NCBI GenBank assembly: GCA_010093745.1
Contig: MU006007.1
Coordinates: 62,001 to 107,476 of the forward strand
Length of the DNA: 45,476 bases
Source: Piedraia hortae CBS 480.64
Lineage: Eukaryota
Direction: 5' to 3'
Shown: one piece after another, positions 1 through 12,320 of the stretch
How the letters are laid out: each line of letters starts with the position of its first letter
How positions within the stretch are numbered: position 1 is the stretch's first letter
Translations under genes and position numbers: made by a program
The notes under the pieces: model-generated
The model's database searches: none
The model's input: the letters and a program-made list of their open reading frames with translations, nothing else
Told to the model about the DNA's origin: nothing

Positions 1-690
1 ACAAGCCTCTGACCCTCCACGAACTCCCAGCTGCCGGAGCAGAATGCCAAGTCGAAGTCTTTTCTGACGATGATGACGCCCATGCCATCTTCGAACCAGT
101 TGCAAGTCGCCATATCAAACCCATCCCAACCATTTTCCGCATGTCCGACTTGGCCATCTCTCCCGACGAAAAAAGTCTCGTCGTTGCCACTTTAGACAAT
201 CGCATCATCGTCTACGATCTTGCCACCAGACGAAAGACGAACACAATAGACATGCAAACGCTCGTCACCTCGCTATCGTTCTCTCCATCGGGCCATATGC
301 TCCTAGTCGGCATGACAGGCGGAGCCATTGCCACGATGGACCCCATAACCGGAGAAGCTATCCAATCCTTTAGCGGCGCAACGCACGGAAACAACATCAT
401 CCGTACCTCGTTTGGCGGCGCCGATGGCGCTACGTTTGTGATTTCTGCGTCGCTGGATTCGTCGATCAGAGTCTGGAGGACTCTGACGGGGCAGGATGTT
501 ATCGTCCTCGATGGGGCACATGGTCAGTCTGCTATCAATGCGGCGGTTTGGGCCCCAGATGGGAAGGCGATTGTGTCTGGTGGGGATGACGGGAAGATTA
601 TTATGTGAGTACTAAATCGTTTTTGTGGTTATTCTATGCTGATTTTGGGACAGATGGATAAGTGCTCGGGATGCGGGGGTTGCGGGCTGA
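1..690 (+). CDS. WD40-repeat protein, GID7/WDR26-like (5'-truncated by window edge)
   Basis: WD repeats (SLSFSPSG, ISASLDSSIRVW, INAAVWAPDGKAIVSGGDDGKIIIW). IIRTSFGGA..FVIS resembles the WDR26/Gid7 C-terminal repeats. Intron 605-653 (GTGAGT..GCTGAT..CAG) restores the final WD Trp; stop TGA 688-690. Confidence 0.75.
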
Positions 691-1768
691 CATGCGATAT
701 AAGTACATGGACTGGGGGGGGTTTATAGGCATGAATGATTTTTTTTATTTATTTTTTTTTTTTTTTCTGACTGCTCTTTGATCTTGGTGTGTCTGTGGCA
801 GGCGTTCCACTGGTTTTCGCTCTTTCGTATCGACACTGTCATGACCGCCCATGTTTTAATAAATGTATGTACCTACCCTCTAATATACGAGTTTAATCTG
901 TACTCGCTGAAATCCTATAGGATTGATTTGCTCATCTATAGCATACTCTTTCATCCAACCCTTTTATCCTGGCGGTATGAACTACTACTACATATAATCT
1001 GGTTAAACAAAAACAAACGAATCAAAAACCTTCTCAAGCAACGCAGAAGATACCCCACAGCGAAATGGTGAGATAACCAACACATGGCCGTATTGCATCC
1101 TCCACGAGTACCATCTGCGGGAACGGATATCCGTCGGTAAATACCCACTGTAGTTCCCAGTTTCAGGACGGACTCTTAATGATAAGTTCTTTATTCCCGA
1201 CCTAGCTCCTATATAGGTCCATGCGGGAAGCTCTGATAGTTGGTGAGGGTAAAACCTCGCCGCACAAAAACCCCTCACGCCATTGCGTGGAGGCACCTGC
1301 CACAGTGCCACTTTGGCCGTTGTCGTCCTCGGTGCAGGTCGGAGGACGGACTCTTGGGACGAGATTCAAATTCACGCTGCGTGAAAGTTGTGAGGGTATG
1401 GAGCTGCAATGCACTGGGGTATGGGGGAGGGTTTAAATCTCGTTGGGGATTTATTGATTCCACGGATTTATATAACTGGAATGGCAAGTGCTGGGTGGGA
1501 ATATGCGAAAAAGGTTCACAAGGGTCGTGGAATATAAGTTTCTGGGACACCTGGACGGATGTAAAGAATGAGGCTCTTGGGTGTCCCTCTGTAGTGTGGC
1601 AAGACAACGCTTGGCATCGCACAGACTCTCCTTTTTCACACATCACGGAGATCCCGTCTAACGCCGCGGGCATAAGCTCTTTAGGAGCAACAACCCACAC
1701 ACATGGACGTTAAACGAGTCACTAAGAAACACTCTGCGTGAATCTGAGACACAGGCACATGCACAAAT

Positions 1769-4133
1769 TCATCCCCCTCCCCCTCCCCCACACTCCCTCT
1801 CAAACCCCTCAAACATCCCCAGCGCCATGATCGGAAAAATAAACTTGTAGTTCGGATACGAAATCATGCTGTATTCGCGTTAGCAACCCTACTACGCTCC
1901 TGCCCAACCAACCATACCAGCTTTTATTAAACACCCCCTCAATACCCTCCTGGACCCACTCGCCATTCGGCCTCTGACGCTCACGGATAAGACCCACAGC
2001 TTTCCGCAGGGGTTTTAGGTCGGGATATTTCGCTTCAATCAGAGCAATTACCGCCCACGCAGTTTGCACGACCTGGCTCCCGCCGGGGTGGGGGGTGTAC
2101 GTTCCCGTTTCACAGGAGCGGTAGGATTCGCCCCAGCCTCCGTCGGGGTTTTGGTGGGAGAGGAGGAATGTGCAGCCTTTTTGGATTGCGGATTTGTCGG
2201 AGGGGGTTTGGGGAAGGGTGGAGAGGGTGTGGAGGGAAAACATGGTGGCGTAAGTGAAACAAATGCCCCAGGAGCCGTACCATGATCCGTCGGGGCGTTG
2301 GGAAGAGAGGATGTATCGCTTTGCGTTGGCGAGAAATTTGTGGACTTCTTTGGGGCGGTAGGCTGGGTAGAGAGAGTTGAAGAGGTGGAGGGCTGTTGCG
2401 CATGCTGTGGTGCATTCGGGGTAGTCGTATTCGACCATTATACGTCCAAAGACTTCGGCGGCGTTGAGGACTTCGAGGTATTCGCTGCCGCGTTGGGGTT
2501 CGTATGAGCAGCATCCGCCGGATTGCGGGTTTTGCATTGTGAGGATCACGTCGACGGCCCATTGGAGCCGATGGAGAGGGATGACTTCTGGGAAGAGGGG
2601 CTTGGAGGGGTTTGCTGGGGATGGTAGTGTTTGCAAGAGTAGCACTGATTTCAATGCTTCCGCTGTGCAGTCCGACACCGTGTAGCCTTGAGTACGCGTG
2701 CTGAAACCCCATGCTCCGCGTCGTGGATGCCGATACCCTGCCGTCGAGCAGGTGCGTGGCGTGGGAGGCTCCGAGTATGCTGATGACTCCACGTAGCCTG
2801 CTGGATGCTCGAGAATTTGCTGCGATGCGAGGAAGTGCAGCGCTTTCAATGCGACTGGCTGGTATTCCGGCTTCGTGACGAGGCCGGAGGACACCATTGC
2901 TTGGATAGCAAACGCTGTATCCCAGTTCTGGACCCCATTCGTTCCGTTCATCATCATCCCGTCTTTGCTGAGCCAGAGGTAGTCTTGCAGCCGTTCACGA
3001 TGTCGTTTGACCGAGTAGGAATCAGGCCCTTCGGTGATGTAGCAGGCCAGAGTGTTCATCGGTGCATTCACAGGTGCAAGATCGGCATAATCCGTGTTGG
3101 CGTCTTCCATCTGAATCAACTTCCACACCCACTCCTCAGCCCGTCGGACGAGCCATCCAGATCGAAGATAAGGAACCCAGATCCACACGAGAAAGGCGTT
3201 GATCAGGTTGAGAATCCATGATTTGGGATGGTAGTTGTCTCGAGAACCGATGGCATTGCGATACTTGGCCCATGCAATATCCTCGTGCGGCGAAGTAAAA
3301 AGCTCCCTGCGCAATTCACGGATCAAGGGGTCCGAATCGGCTCTAGGATATGACCAACGCTTCGACCAAATGTAACCCATGGGTAAAAACACCTGACGCA
3401 TGTGTATCCACCAACGCCAAGGAGCAATGGGCATCCAATCAGGCAGGAGCCATAATTCTGGCGGCACAGGATTCACTACGTCCCAGTCCATCACCCCGAG
3501 CACTGAAAGCCAGAACTTGGCCCAATGCGGACCGTTCAGTGCACTTCCCAGGCTGTACAGTGTGCTCCTAACTTGCTTCATGCGAGCATCCTCGGCATCC
3601 ACGCCGAGTAAACGAAGAGCAGTATAGTTCATGGCAGTGCCGAAAACTGAAGAATCACCCTCGACATGCAATCCCCAGCCGCCGTCCCCGCCTTTCTTGT
3701 CCCCAACGTTCTGCATATTGAAGAGATAGCGGATAATTTCCGTCTGTTCAGGCTGTGACAATGGCATGTTGGTTACATACAGCGTGATGATGAGCCCTGG
3801 CAAGAGAAACATGGGCCCGCCATACTCGCACGCCCAGTTGCCCGGTTCAAGCTGCAGCTGTGAAAAGAATTTGAGTCCATTGTCAGCAGATTCCAGAGGT
3901 GTTTGAGCTGGTTTCAAGTTGGGTAGTCCCTGAATATGCGTGAGAATTTTTTTTTTTTTTTTTCACTACTACAGCAAGGAACATACAGTGTCTAGTCCTA
4001 GGAAATATTTATCAGCTGTCGTGGCCGGCCATTGTCGCAATTCGGCTTCCGAGGTGAGATAATGCCAGGTCTGTCTGCCATCATCGTCTTTTAGCCGCCA
4101 GCGAGTATGGTCGGTTTTCGGATCCGAGGCCAT
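1769..4133 (-). CDS. ERG7: Lanosterol synthase (oxidosqualene cyclase), ~752 aa
   Basis: Exons 4133-3987, 3929-1918, 1868-1769. Catalytic SDCTAE motif; QW repeats (QRPDGSW, QNPDGGW, QRPNGEW); YGGPMF; spliced C-terminus FNKSCMISYPNYKFIFP. Confidence 0.95.
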
Positions 4134-4845
4134 TGGGGTGGTAGAAGTTGGTTGCGGGGATTGCGATATCTCGACGCGCATGTCAACACGACTGTTCACG
4201 GACGAACCATCGACCTGTCAATTCACCGTTGTTCCTGACAGCTTTTGACAGCAGATGGACCCAAATTTCTATATACAGAACTAGCAAGATCTGTAGCCTG
4301 TGACAATCTACTCGTTGCAACAAGCCTGATTGGCCTCTCGATGCACTCAGTTGCTGTGGTACAGACGTCAGTGGGTTTGATAGGCTGGCAGATGATAGGT
4401 GTACCCGTCTGCCAGCTGGCGGATTGCAGAGAGGAAGCCGCGGTGATGGCTGTCCAATGCAACTTCCGTTCCTCTCCGTCATCTCACGTGGCGCTTTTTA
4501 TGCACGACGCTGCGCTAGAGCAGCAGGAGCAGGGTCCTCGGTTCCGCGCTAACACCGCCCGAAATACTGCTTACACACTTTTTTCCCCTCTTATTACGCT
4601 CTGCAACGAGCACCCCGTTGTCTGCCAAGACAACAATATTGGAGCCGCTTTACAGGCCGTCTATTGCCGTTGTTGGGGTGTCTGTGCCTGTGGTAGCCGC
4701 TGCCACACCGCCCTCAACTCTACCTCTTGTCCAGGGCATTCGTGCATCTTTCAAAATTTCTCCACGCTCACTGCATCTCCCGTGTCTTACTGCAAACCCC
4801 CCCTTTAGCGGCGTGTGGAGTTTGGAATTACTTCTTTGTGCAATC

Positions 4846-7206
4846 ATGGCATCGTCAACCTCAGGCCCTTCCTTTCCGGGCGCCAGTGCCCCCTTCACCT
4901 CGACACATGGCGGATCGTCCACCATGACTTCCACCGCCTTTCCTACTGACCGTTCCGTCACGTCTCAACCCCCATTGAACTCCGCTGCCAACGGTTACGC
5001 TTTTGAAAAGTTTTGCGTCATGCACATTGCCACGACCTGCGATGAGCACGGCATGTACGTAACCAGAGACAGTGCCGAGGTCATCGAGATTGGATGGGTG
5101 GTGGTCAATGCCAAAGACCCAGCACTGCCCGAGGTATGTGGCATGCATGCTTTGCAAGGTGTGCTGCGCTAACTCTGTGTCGCAGCTGCACCATCAATCG
5201 GTATTGGTCAAGCCTGAGAGCACCCCAATCACTCCGCTTTGCACGTCCCTTACCACCCTAACGTTGGAGAATGTCCGCAATGCCGGCACCTTTCGGGACG
5301 CTATTCAAACGTTTGATTCCTTTGCCAAGGAGCATCTTATTTCTAAAGACTCTGCGTCGGGCGACCCGCCAACGTTTGCGTTTGTGACGCTTACACCTTG
5401 GGATCTAAAAGTGCAGCTTCCTCGCGAGGCTCGAGACAAGGGAGTGGTGCTACCAGCGTATTTGCAACACCCAGTTATGTTTGGCCTGCGCTCCGAATAC
5501 CAAACATATCAGAAATATCATCCGGAAACCCTGGGTTTCAGTGCGTCTAACCTGTCTTCGATTTGTGCCGGACTCGAGGTGGAAGAAGTGAGGTCTTCTG
5601 GAAAGGTAACGGGAGGCCTTCCGTTTCATCTTCAAGCCCTTGCCCCCTCGTCGCCCAGGCGGGCTTTGGATGAGGCTCAAACCTTGACTCGCTGCCTGCG
5701 TTCGCTCATTCAAAAGTCGCGGCCAACTGCAAACAGCCAGGGAACTCCAGAAGTGCTGAGTCGACCGCTGGATGCACGCAGCGATGTTCGGGCCTTTTTG
5801 AACGAACGATCGAAAGTGCTGCATCTGAGTGGCCTACCTCATGATACGACACAGAGTGAACTCGAGAGTTGGTTTACTCAATATGGCGGACGTCCAATTG
5901 CTTTCTGGACTCTCAGGACCCCGGAGGGTGGGAAGCCCAGCGGAAGTGGGTTCGTTGTTTTCGGCAGTCACGAAGAGGTCAGTAGATCTGGGCCCTGCCA
6001 CCGCCTTTCTGCCCTCCCGTCGTGCAAACGCTCGTGTCCGTCGACATCGTTTGACGTCATGCATGCTACCGTACACCATGTCACCCCAACCTTTAACCCC
6101 CCTTCCCCCTTCCTTGGATCGTTCAGCCCATTTGGTTTGTCATGGCTGCTGACATGGAACTCCAGGCCGCCGAGTCTCTTGGCATGAACGGGCGTGCTCT
6201 CAACGACCGAGCCATTGAGGTTTCCCCAAGCTCGTCACGGGTATGTATCTCCCTCTCGCTGCAAAATTGTGGCAGCTTATGGATCAGGTACTCGATCGTG
6301 CTGCGAATTCGCAGCCAATAGGTGCACCACCTCTCCTTACACCGTTTCCGCCTTCGAAGAATCGGCCGCGTCCTGGTGACTGGACCTGCCCAAGCTGTGG
6401 ATTTTCAAATTTCCAACGGCGTACGGCTTGTTTCCGTTGCAGCTATCCGGCGATGGGTGGCGGGCCGGATCCGTATGGTAACGGTTACGGCATGCCCCCA
6501 CAGGCCTTTGGTGGACCAGGTTACAATGCCGGTATGATGGGCGGGCCGCACATGCACAACCCCAGCTTTGGTAAGTGTCAGTCAATCTGATTTTGAGATA
6601 ACTGACGTGTCAGGAATGGGTGGTATGGGATCGAGCGGGCGTGGAGGCGTTGTGCCTTTCCGCGCTGGCGACTGGAAGTGTGGCAGTGAGAATTGTGGCT
6701 ACCACAATTTTGCTAAGAACATTACTTGTCTGCGGTGCGGCGCTTCACGCAACAGTGCCGCCGTGGTTGCCGAAGGAGGAATGTCGAGTTTCCCAGGAAG
6801 CTCATTTGGAACCCCTTCGGGCATGAGCCCAATGGCATCTAGCGGATATGGATCAATGGCTCCAGGAGGCAACGGTTACGACGGAAACGGTTTGGGTGGA
6901 GGGTATTCTGCACAGTCGTTCAACTCGCCTTCGTTCGGCATGCTTAATGGGCTTGGCGGACAACCTTATGGACCTGGTGCTTATTCACCTATGCCATCGC
7001 ACGGCGGGTTTGACAGCCGAGCGGAGCAGGCGTTTCACCACGGCGGGTCTTTGTCGGGCTCGATTGGACAATATCCCACCGGAGTGTACGGGGCTCCTTT
7101 TGAAGGCAGTGCCGACCCATTTTCCATGTTGAGTGGCAGCATGGCACATATGGCGCTGGGTGGTGAGCGCGAAACACGCGTTTCCAGCGGCGGCAGACCA
7201 CAGTGA
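4846..7206 (+). CDS. NRP1: Nrp1-like RNA-binding protein (RNase H-like N-terminal domain, RRM, two RanBP2-type zinc fingers), ~676 aa
   Basis: Exons 4846-5133, 5186-5977, 6166-6240, 6288-6570, 6614-7206 join in frame. HIATTCDEHGMYVTRDSAEVIEIGW; RRM (LSGLPHDTTQSEL, GSGFVVF); RPGDWTCPSCGFSNFQRRTACFRC and RAGDWKCGSENCGYHNFAKNITCLRC. Confidence 0.85.
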
Positions 7207-7577
7207 GGTTTCCAACGTCGATTTTCTGCTAAACACTGTGCATACGGGTGGACATACGGGGCATGGGCTGGGCAGGTAGTTAAGCGAGGCGTAGGAAGAG
7301 GTTTGATAGTGAGGGGGTCGTTTAGGTAGAATGTCCTAGTTTGTAGTTCCAACCTATACAGCCAGAGATTGCAGCGGCAAATGATCATTCTTATTAGTCC
7401 TGTATGCCCATGCAAATTTTGAGCTCGCTGGGGCCGTTAGCTTAGTTGGTTGGAGACTGCTCAACTGATATATAGTGCCACGTCAAAGCCAAGGTGGGGC
7501 GACGCTAAACTAGACGTCCAGTATTGTTCACACTGTGATGGGCAGATGAACACGGATGGATTAATAATGTACATGAC

Positions 7578-8465
7578 CTAAGTAGTAGAAGTCTGATTAC
7601 CTCGCCTTGTCGTCGGTTCAGCGTCCTTTTCGCGGTTAATTTTCTCTACCATTTGCTCGATCGCATCAGGAGGGAGCATCTCTACCGGTTTGCCGCCCGG
7701 AGACATGACCGCAATCTCAATATTCTTCGCACCCGTCTGCACCACTTCCAGAAGAGACTTTATCGTAAGCTCTATAGTAGCCTCACGATCCATTCCATCG
7801 CGATGATTACGCTCAAGAAACTCTCTCACCGTCTTAGACGACCTTCCAATCGCATTCGCTTTCCTATACACCAAACCCGTCCGTCAGCTCTCTAACCCCC
7901 CAACCTCTGTCAAAAAAACAAGAAAAAAAACAACTTACCAAGCACTATACGTCCCCGACGGCTCCGTCTGATAAAGCCTAGGTTCTGAGCGCCCAGGATC
8001 AAAACCCACAATCAACGTCGAAATTCCAAACGGCCTTACACCTCCAGACTGAGTATACTGCTGCTGCACTCCCGCGACATATTTCGTAAGGTACTCAATC
8101 GTGACTGGATCCTCAACCGTCAAACGATGCGACTGGGCCTCAACGCGCGCATAGTCGACCAGAATCCGCGCATCAGCGTTCAGACCTGCGAACGCGAGAC
8201 AGACGTGGCTGTCTACCATGGAGATTTTGGAGGGTGTGATTCTTGTGTCTTGGAGTTTCATGGCGGATCGCTTCTCGCATCCCAGGACTACTACGGATTC
8301 GCCTTTGACTGCTACCGCGCATGTGCCGCGCTTAACTGCTTCCAGGGCATATTCGACTTGGAAGAGGTGGCCATCCGGGGAGAAGACTAGTGGGTTAGAT
8401 TGAGTGATTGGTTGGGGGGAGGATCAGAACGTACCGGAGAGAGCGCGATCGTAGCCGCTCGCCAT
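7578..8465 (-). CDS. PRE6: 20S proteasome subunit alpha-4, ~254 aa
   Basis: Exons 8465-8435, 8386-7939, 7863-7578. [24 protein letters not shown] alpha-subunit signature; [43 protein letters not shown]. Confidence 0.95.
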
Positions 8466-9736
8466 GTTGGATTGCTTGGCTGGCTTTAGAGGTTGGAGGT
8501 CGTTTTGGAAGGGTCGGGCCGGGCCGGAGTGTGGAGAAAGTTGCGCCTCGCTTTGGGGTCAGGGAATTTAGGAGGTCTTTGTGGATGGAGTGATTGTTGC
8601 CTCATTAGATGTGTAGACCAACGAATGTAAAGATGGGAAGAAGACGAATTCTGGGAACCAGATAAGCCCAGTGGAGACTTTCCTACCAGGAAGCCAGCGG
8701 GTGGTTTTGATGTCGATAGACACTCTCAACCTGTTCTCAAGCAACACTTTATCTCCCACGATACTGACAAGCCTCTTGAAGACATAGTCCTGCGATACTC
8801 TTCAATTCTGTTAATTTCGATCTCCTTTGCACCATATTCTCCCTGTCAAGAGCCTGTAACCATCAGCGCGCCGAAAGGTGGTATAGTGTCCCAGTTTACC
8901 CCTCTTCTCATCGGCCTTTGACAGTCAAGCTCAATCGCAAGACAAATGAATGCCCCCCACCAAACCCTGGGACAGGCCCTTTAACCCTACAGACCGCAGA
9001 CACCGCTGCAGGGCCTATAAACCTGCGAGAATCAAATACAGCCAACCAGATCAACCTCTGTTCTGATCTCCAAACCTACAGCGGCGATGAAGATGTCATG
9101 GTGTTGAAACTTATCTTCAACGAGGTTAGTTCATGTGCAAACGTCTTTTGAGCTGCTTCGTTATATTACTCCGTGTCTTGAGAACGCTAGCTTAGGCGGG
9201 CTTGAAGAGTTTTGAAGTGATTGAAGCAGCGAAATAACGACGTAAGAAAAGAATACCAATCACAGAATGCCGTGAGCCAGATTTTCCAGGTAAGTATCTG
9301 ATACCGCGACCGCACCACAAACTGAAGTGTGATACCTCCTCCCGATTTCACCCGGCAGACTCATGAAACAAGATCCACATCTATCCGTCTCCCGATGACC
9401 TTCTACCCACCTTATCACCAACCATACTTTACCCATCCCCACGTGCATCTCCAACCATCCCAACAAATACCACACACATAAATCCCATTAATCAACCAGG
9501 CACATAGCACATCCACATGCATGCATGCATGCACTTACCAACCAACCCCCATCATCAAAACAAAAACCTCGCATAAGTGGCGAACACATGAACGTCACAT
9601 CTCAATGACGCACTCTATGACGCATTTCTATATGAGGGGGTAAAGATGGACCGTGCCTGCTTGCCTGCCTGCCTACCTTCCATCCACCCACCCACCCTTC
9701 ACCCTTTTCCCTCCTCCCCTCACACATAATCCAACA

Positions 9737-10064
9737 ATGTCCTCAGCAGAAGCTCAAGCAGTCTACTCGCACCGGGATAACCAAGCCGTGCAAATACCCG
9801 AGGCGAGTTCAAATTTCGCGGAACGGTATGATCTCGCACACTGCGATCCTGAAGAAGCGAGGAGTTCTTATCAGAGGTTTGTGTTACCTTTTCCGTGTGT
9901 GATTTTTGGGGGGTTGTTTGAGGAGGGGTATTTGTGTTTTTTTTTCAATAGTTCTGATTTGTAAAAGGTTGATGCATGAACATACGAAACAGCAGTTTGA
10001 TTCGGCGATAGGGGACTCGGAGGAGGGGAAAGAGAAAGAGGGTTCGGGGGTTTCGACTTCGTGA
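9737..10064 (+). CDS. Small uncharacterised protein, ~78 aa
   Basis: Good start context (CCAACAATG). Intron 9877-9967 (GTTTGT..CTGAT..AAG) gives MSSAEAQAVYSHRDNQ...EARSSYQRLMHEHTKQQFDSAIGDSEEGKEKEGSGVSTS*. Confidence 0.65.
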
Positions 10065-10353
10065 GTTAACGGGTGGGATGTTGGTGTTTGTTTTCGGGGT
10101 GACGGATTTGCGATCGTTTCAGCCTATACGTATTGTTGATGGTGGGATGAAAAGTGGGTGATTTGTCTGTCTGCAGTGAGCTTGTTGATCGACAGTTCTC
10201 ATACGGATTTATTGAATTTACTTTGAACTGGAGAGTATGTCAGTTGCGAAAGTGTAACTGTACTACTCTGCCTAACCGCATGTTCCGTTTAACCCGCTGA
10301 TGCCACAACAATGCCGCTCTTAAAGCACAACAAAACATAAACTTGCAAAGACA

Positions 10354-11001
10354 TTAACCCCATGGCTGGACAAACCGCAAAGGGCCACTACCGGAGCGCT
10401 CAGCAGCTCTGGCTATAACAGCACCAACACTCTCATCAACGTCCTCGACGGTACCACCGGCCTCAACGATGACCATATCCTCGCCTTCGTCCTCGTGTCG
10501 TCTGAGTTCGTCAAACTGAATCCTGACCTGTTCCTGGAAGATGTCTCTCTCGAAGCGCTCAAAGCCAAATCCCTTTCTTCTGGCAGCCTCTTCGGCGCCC
10601 AAGTCGAGGAAGACACACACATCCGGACGCGGAAGGCCGACCTCAGCATGGCGACTGGCAGCGAGACCTAGACCCTGAGCAGCAGCATAAGCGCAACCAC
10701 TGTAGTAGTACCGATCCAGGATAACCGTCGTTCCTTCCTCAATGAGCTTCACAATCTTATCCGCCATCTCCCAGCGATTTGCCGTGAAGAGCAGCTGCAG
10801 CACGCGCGGGTGCAGATCCTCCTTGCTGGTGAGGTACTCATCAATGAGTTTGCCAATGGGCGTGGTCCGCTCTGGGAAGCTGATGATCTTAACTTCTTGG
10901 CCAGCGGAGCGGATACGGGCCGCTACGCGCGAACACTGCGTTGACTTGCCCGATCGGTCTAGTCCTTCAAACGCTATCAGATAGCCTCGTTGAGTTGGCA
11001 T
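10354..11001 (-). CDS. CDC8: Thymidylate kinase
   Basis: RGYLIAFEGLDRSGKSTQ P-loop, FPERTTPIG, LLFTANRWE, LDRYYYSG, GLPRPD, ERFE; ATG at 11001. Confidence 0.95.
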   Translation of the reverse strand: MPTQRGYLIAFEGLDRSGKSTQCSRVAARIRSAGQEVKIISFPERTTPIGKLIDEYLTSKEDLHPRVLQLLFTANRWEMADKIVKLIEEGTTVILDRYYYSGCAYAAAQGLGLAASRHAEVGLPRPDVCVFLDLGAEEAARRKGFGFERFERDIFQEQVRIQFDELRRHEDEGEDMVIVEAGGTVEDVDESVGAVIARAAERSGSGPLRFVQPWG

Positions 11002-11105
11002 CGTGTTACAAACGTAATGGAGATGAAAGCAGTTTGACGTCTCTCGGGAGCGGTCCGGTCCGGATGACATGCACAACCACCAAAAACCCAAGAATTTCCC
11101 TGAGC

Positions 11106-12314
11106 ATGGAGGAAATGTTCACCACCAAAGCCACCGCCGGCGTAGCCCGCACAGGAAGCCTCAGTCTACACAGCAAACCCCCCATCTCAACACCACACTG
11201 GTTCGCGCTCAGCTCCCGCGGCGTAATCCCGCATCTCACACCCACCCTCCTCTCCACCGAGACAAGCACAGGAGGAATCTACCTCGCCTACGAAGACTTT
11301 ATCGAAAAACCCACCCCACCCATCCTCGCCTCACCCGGCGGAATCCGACGCTTCACCTCCCTCCCCGACGAAGTGATCCTCCTCCTCGGCGCAAGACGTT
11401 CCCCCCCCGTCGCCGCCCCAGCCGCCAACTCAAACACCGACACGCGCGTATCGGTAAGCACATCCGTTGGCTTCCGCGCGCTCGAAGCGGAGGCATACAT
11501 CCGCGCCACGCCCATTCTCACTCCCGATCTCGCCGTGGCGTTGGAAGATATCCCCTACTCCCGCCCCCTAGGTCGCAAGCGCCTCGACAAAGCAATCTCC
11601 CGCCAAACCGTCTGGTTACGCGCCCATGTCGCTGCAAAGCAGCCACTCATCGCACCTGTCCTACCCGTCCCGTGTGGGGATCAGCTTCCATACCTCGACT
11701 CCATCGCCGAACATCCCAACATCGTGGGCCTGGCAATTTACAACGAAACCTCGCTACGTGACATCCCGCAGAAACTGGCCCACCTCCCCCGAGTAGGGCT
11801 GACCGCTCCGCGCACCCCCCACGAACTTCTCACCCAAATCGCCGCAGGCATGGATATCTGCACTCTACCCTTCGTGAACGAAGCGACCGACGCGGGGATC
11901 GCGTTGACATTCCACCTCCCCGCCCTTACCGAACAGGGCCAGAGACCATTAGGTCTGGATTTGTGGCTATCCACCTACGAAACCGACACGGCGGCGCTGG
12001 TGGAGGGATGTGACTGCTACGCGTGCAGGAACCATCATAGGGCGTATATCCGCCATTTGCTCAACGCGAGGGAGATGCTCGCTTGGACGTTGCTGCAGAT
12101 GCATAATCATCGGGTTGTGGATGGGTTTTTCGAGGGGGTTAGGGACGCGATTGCATCGGGGGAGTTGGAGGGGAGGAGGGAGAGGTTAAAAGAGGTCTAC
12201 GAGGGTTCAATGCCGGAGATTACGGGCCAGGGGCCTAGGAGGAGGGGGTATCAGTTTAAGAGCGAGGGGCCGGGGGAAGAGAAAAAAAATTCTTCTCCGT
12301 GGATGGGATTATGA
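11106..12314 (+). CDS. Queuine tRNA-ribosyltransferase accessory subunit (QTRT2/QTRTD1-like)
   Basis: ARTGSL..ISTPHW..SSRGVIPHLTP; Zn site CDCYACRNHHRAYIRHLLNAREMLAWTLLQMHN; lacks the catalytic DSGG motif of QTRT1. Start could also be 11115. Confidence 0.85.
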   Translation: MEEMFTTKATAGVARTGSLSLHSKPPISTPHWFALSSRGVIPHLTPTLLSTETSTGGIYLAYEDFIEKPTPPILASPGGIRRFTSLPDEVILLLGARRSPPVAAPAANSNTDTRVSVSTSVGFRALEAEAYIRATPILTPDLAVALEDIPYSRPLGRKRLDKAISRQTVWLRAHVAAKQPLIAPVLPVPCGDQLPYLDSIAEHPNIVGLAIYNETSLRDIPQKLAHLPRVGLTAPRTPHELLTQIAAGMDICTLPFVNEATDAGIALTFHLPALTEQGQRPLGLDLWLSTYETDTAALVEGCDCYACRNHHRAYIRHLLNAREMLAWTLLQMHNHRVVDGFFEGVRDAIASGELEGRRERLKEVYEGSMPEITGQGPRRRGYQFKSEGPGEEKKNSSPWMGL

Positions 12315-12320
12315 AATTGT

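Noticed and set aside
1769..4133. ERG7 as the core of a triterpene biosynthetic gene cluster
   Set aside because: No P450, acyltransferase or other tailoring genes nearby; neighbours are housekeeping genes.
11106..12314. Catalytic tRNA-guanine transglycosylase or DNA-modifying DpdA
   Set aside because: Catalytic Asp motifs (DSGG) absent; pattern fits the eukaryotic accessory subunit.
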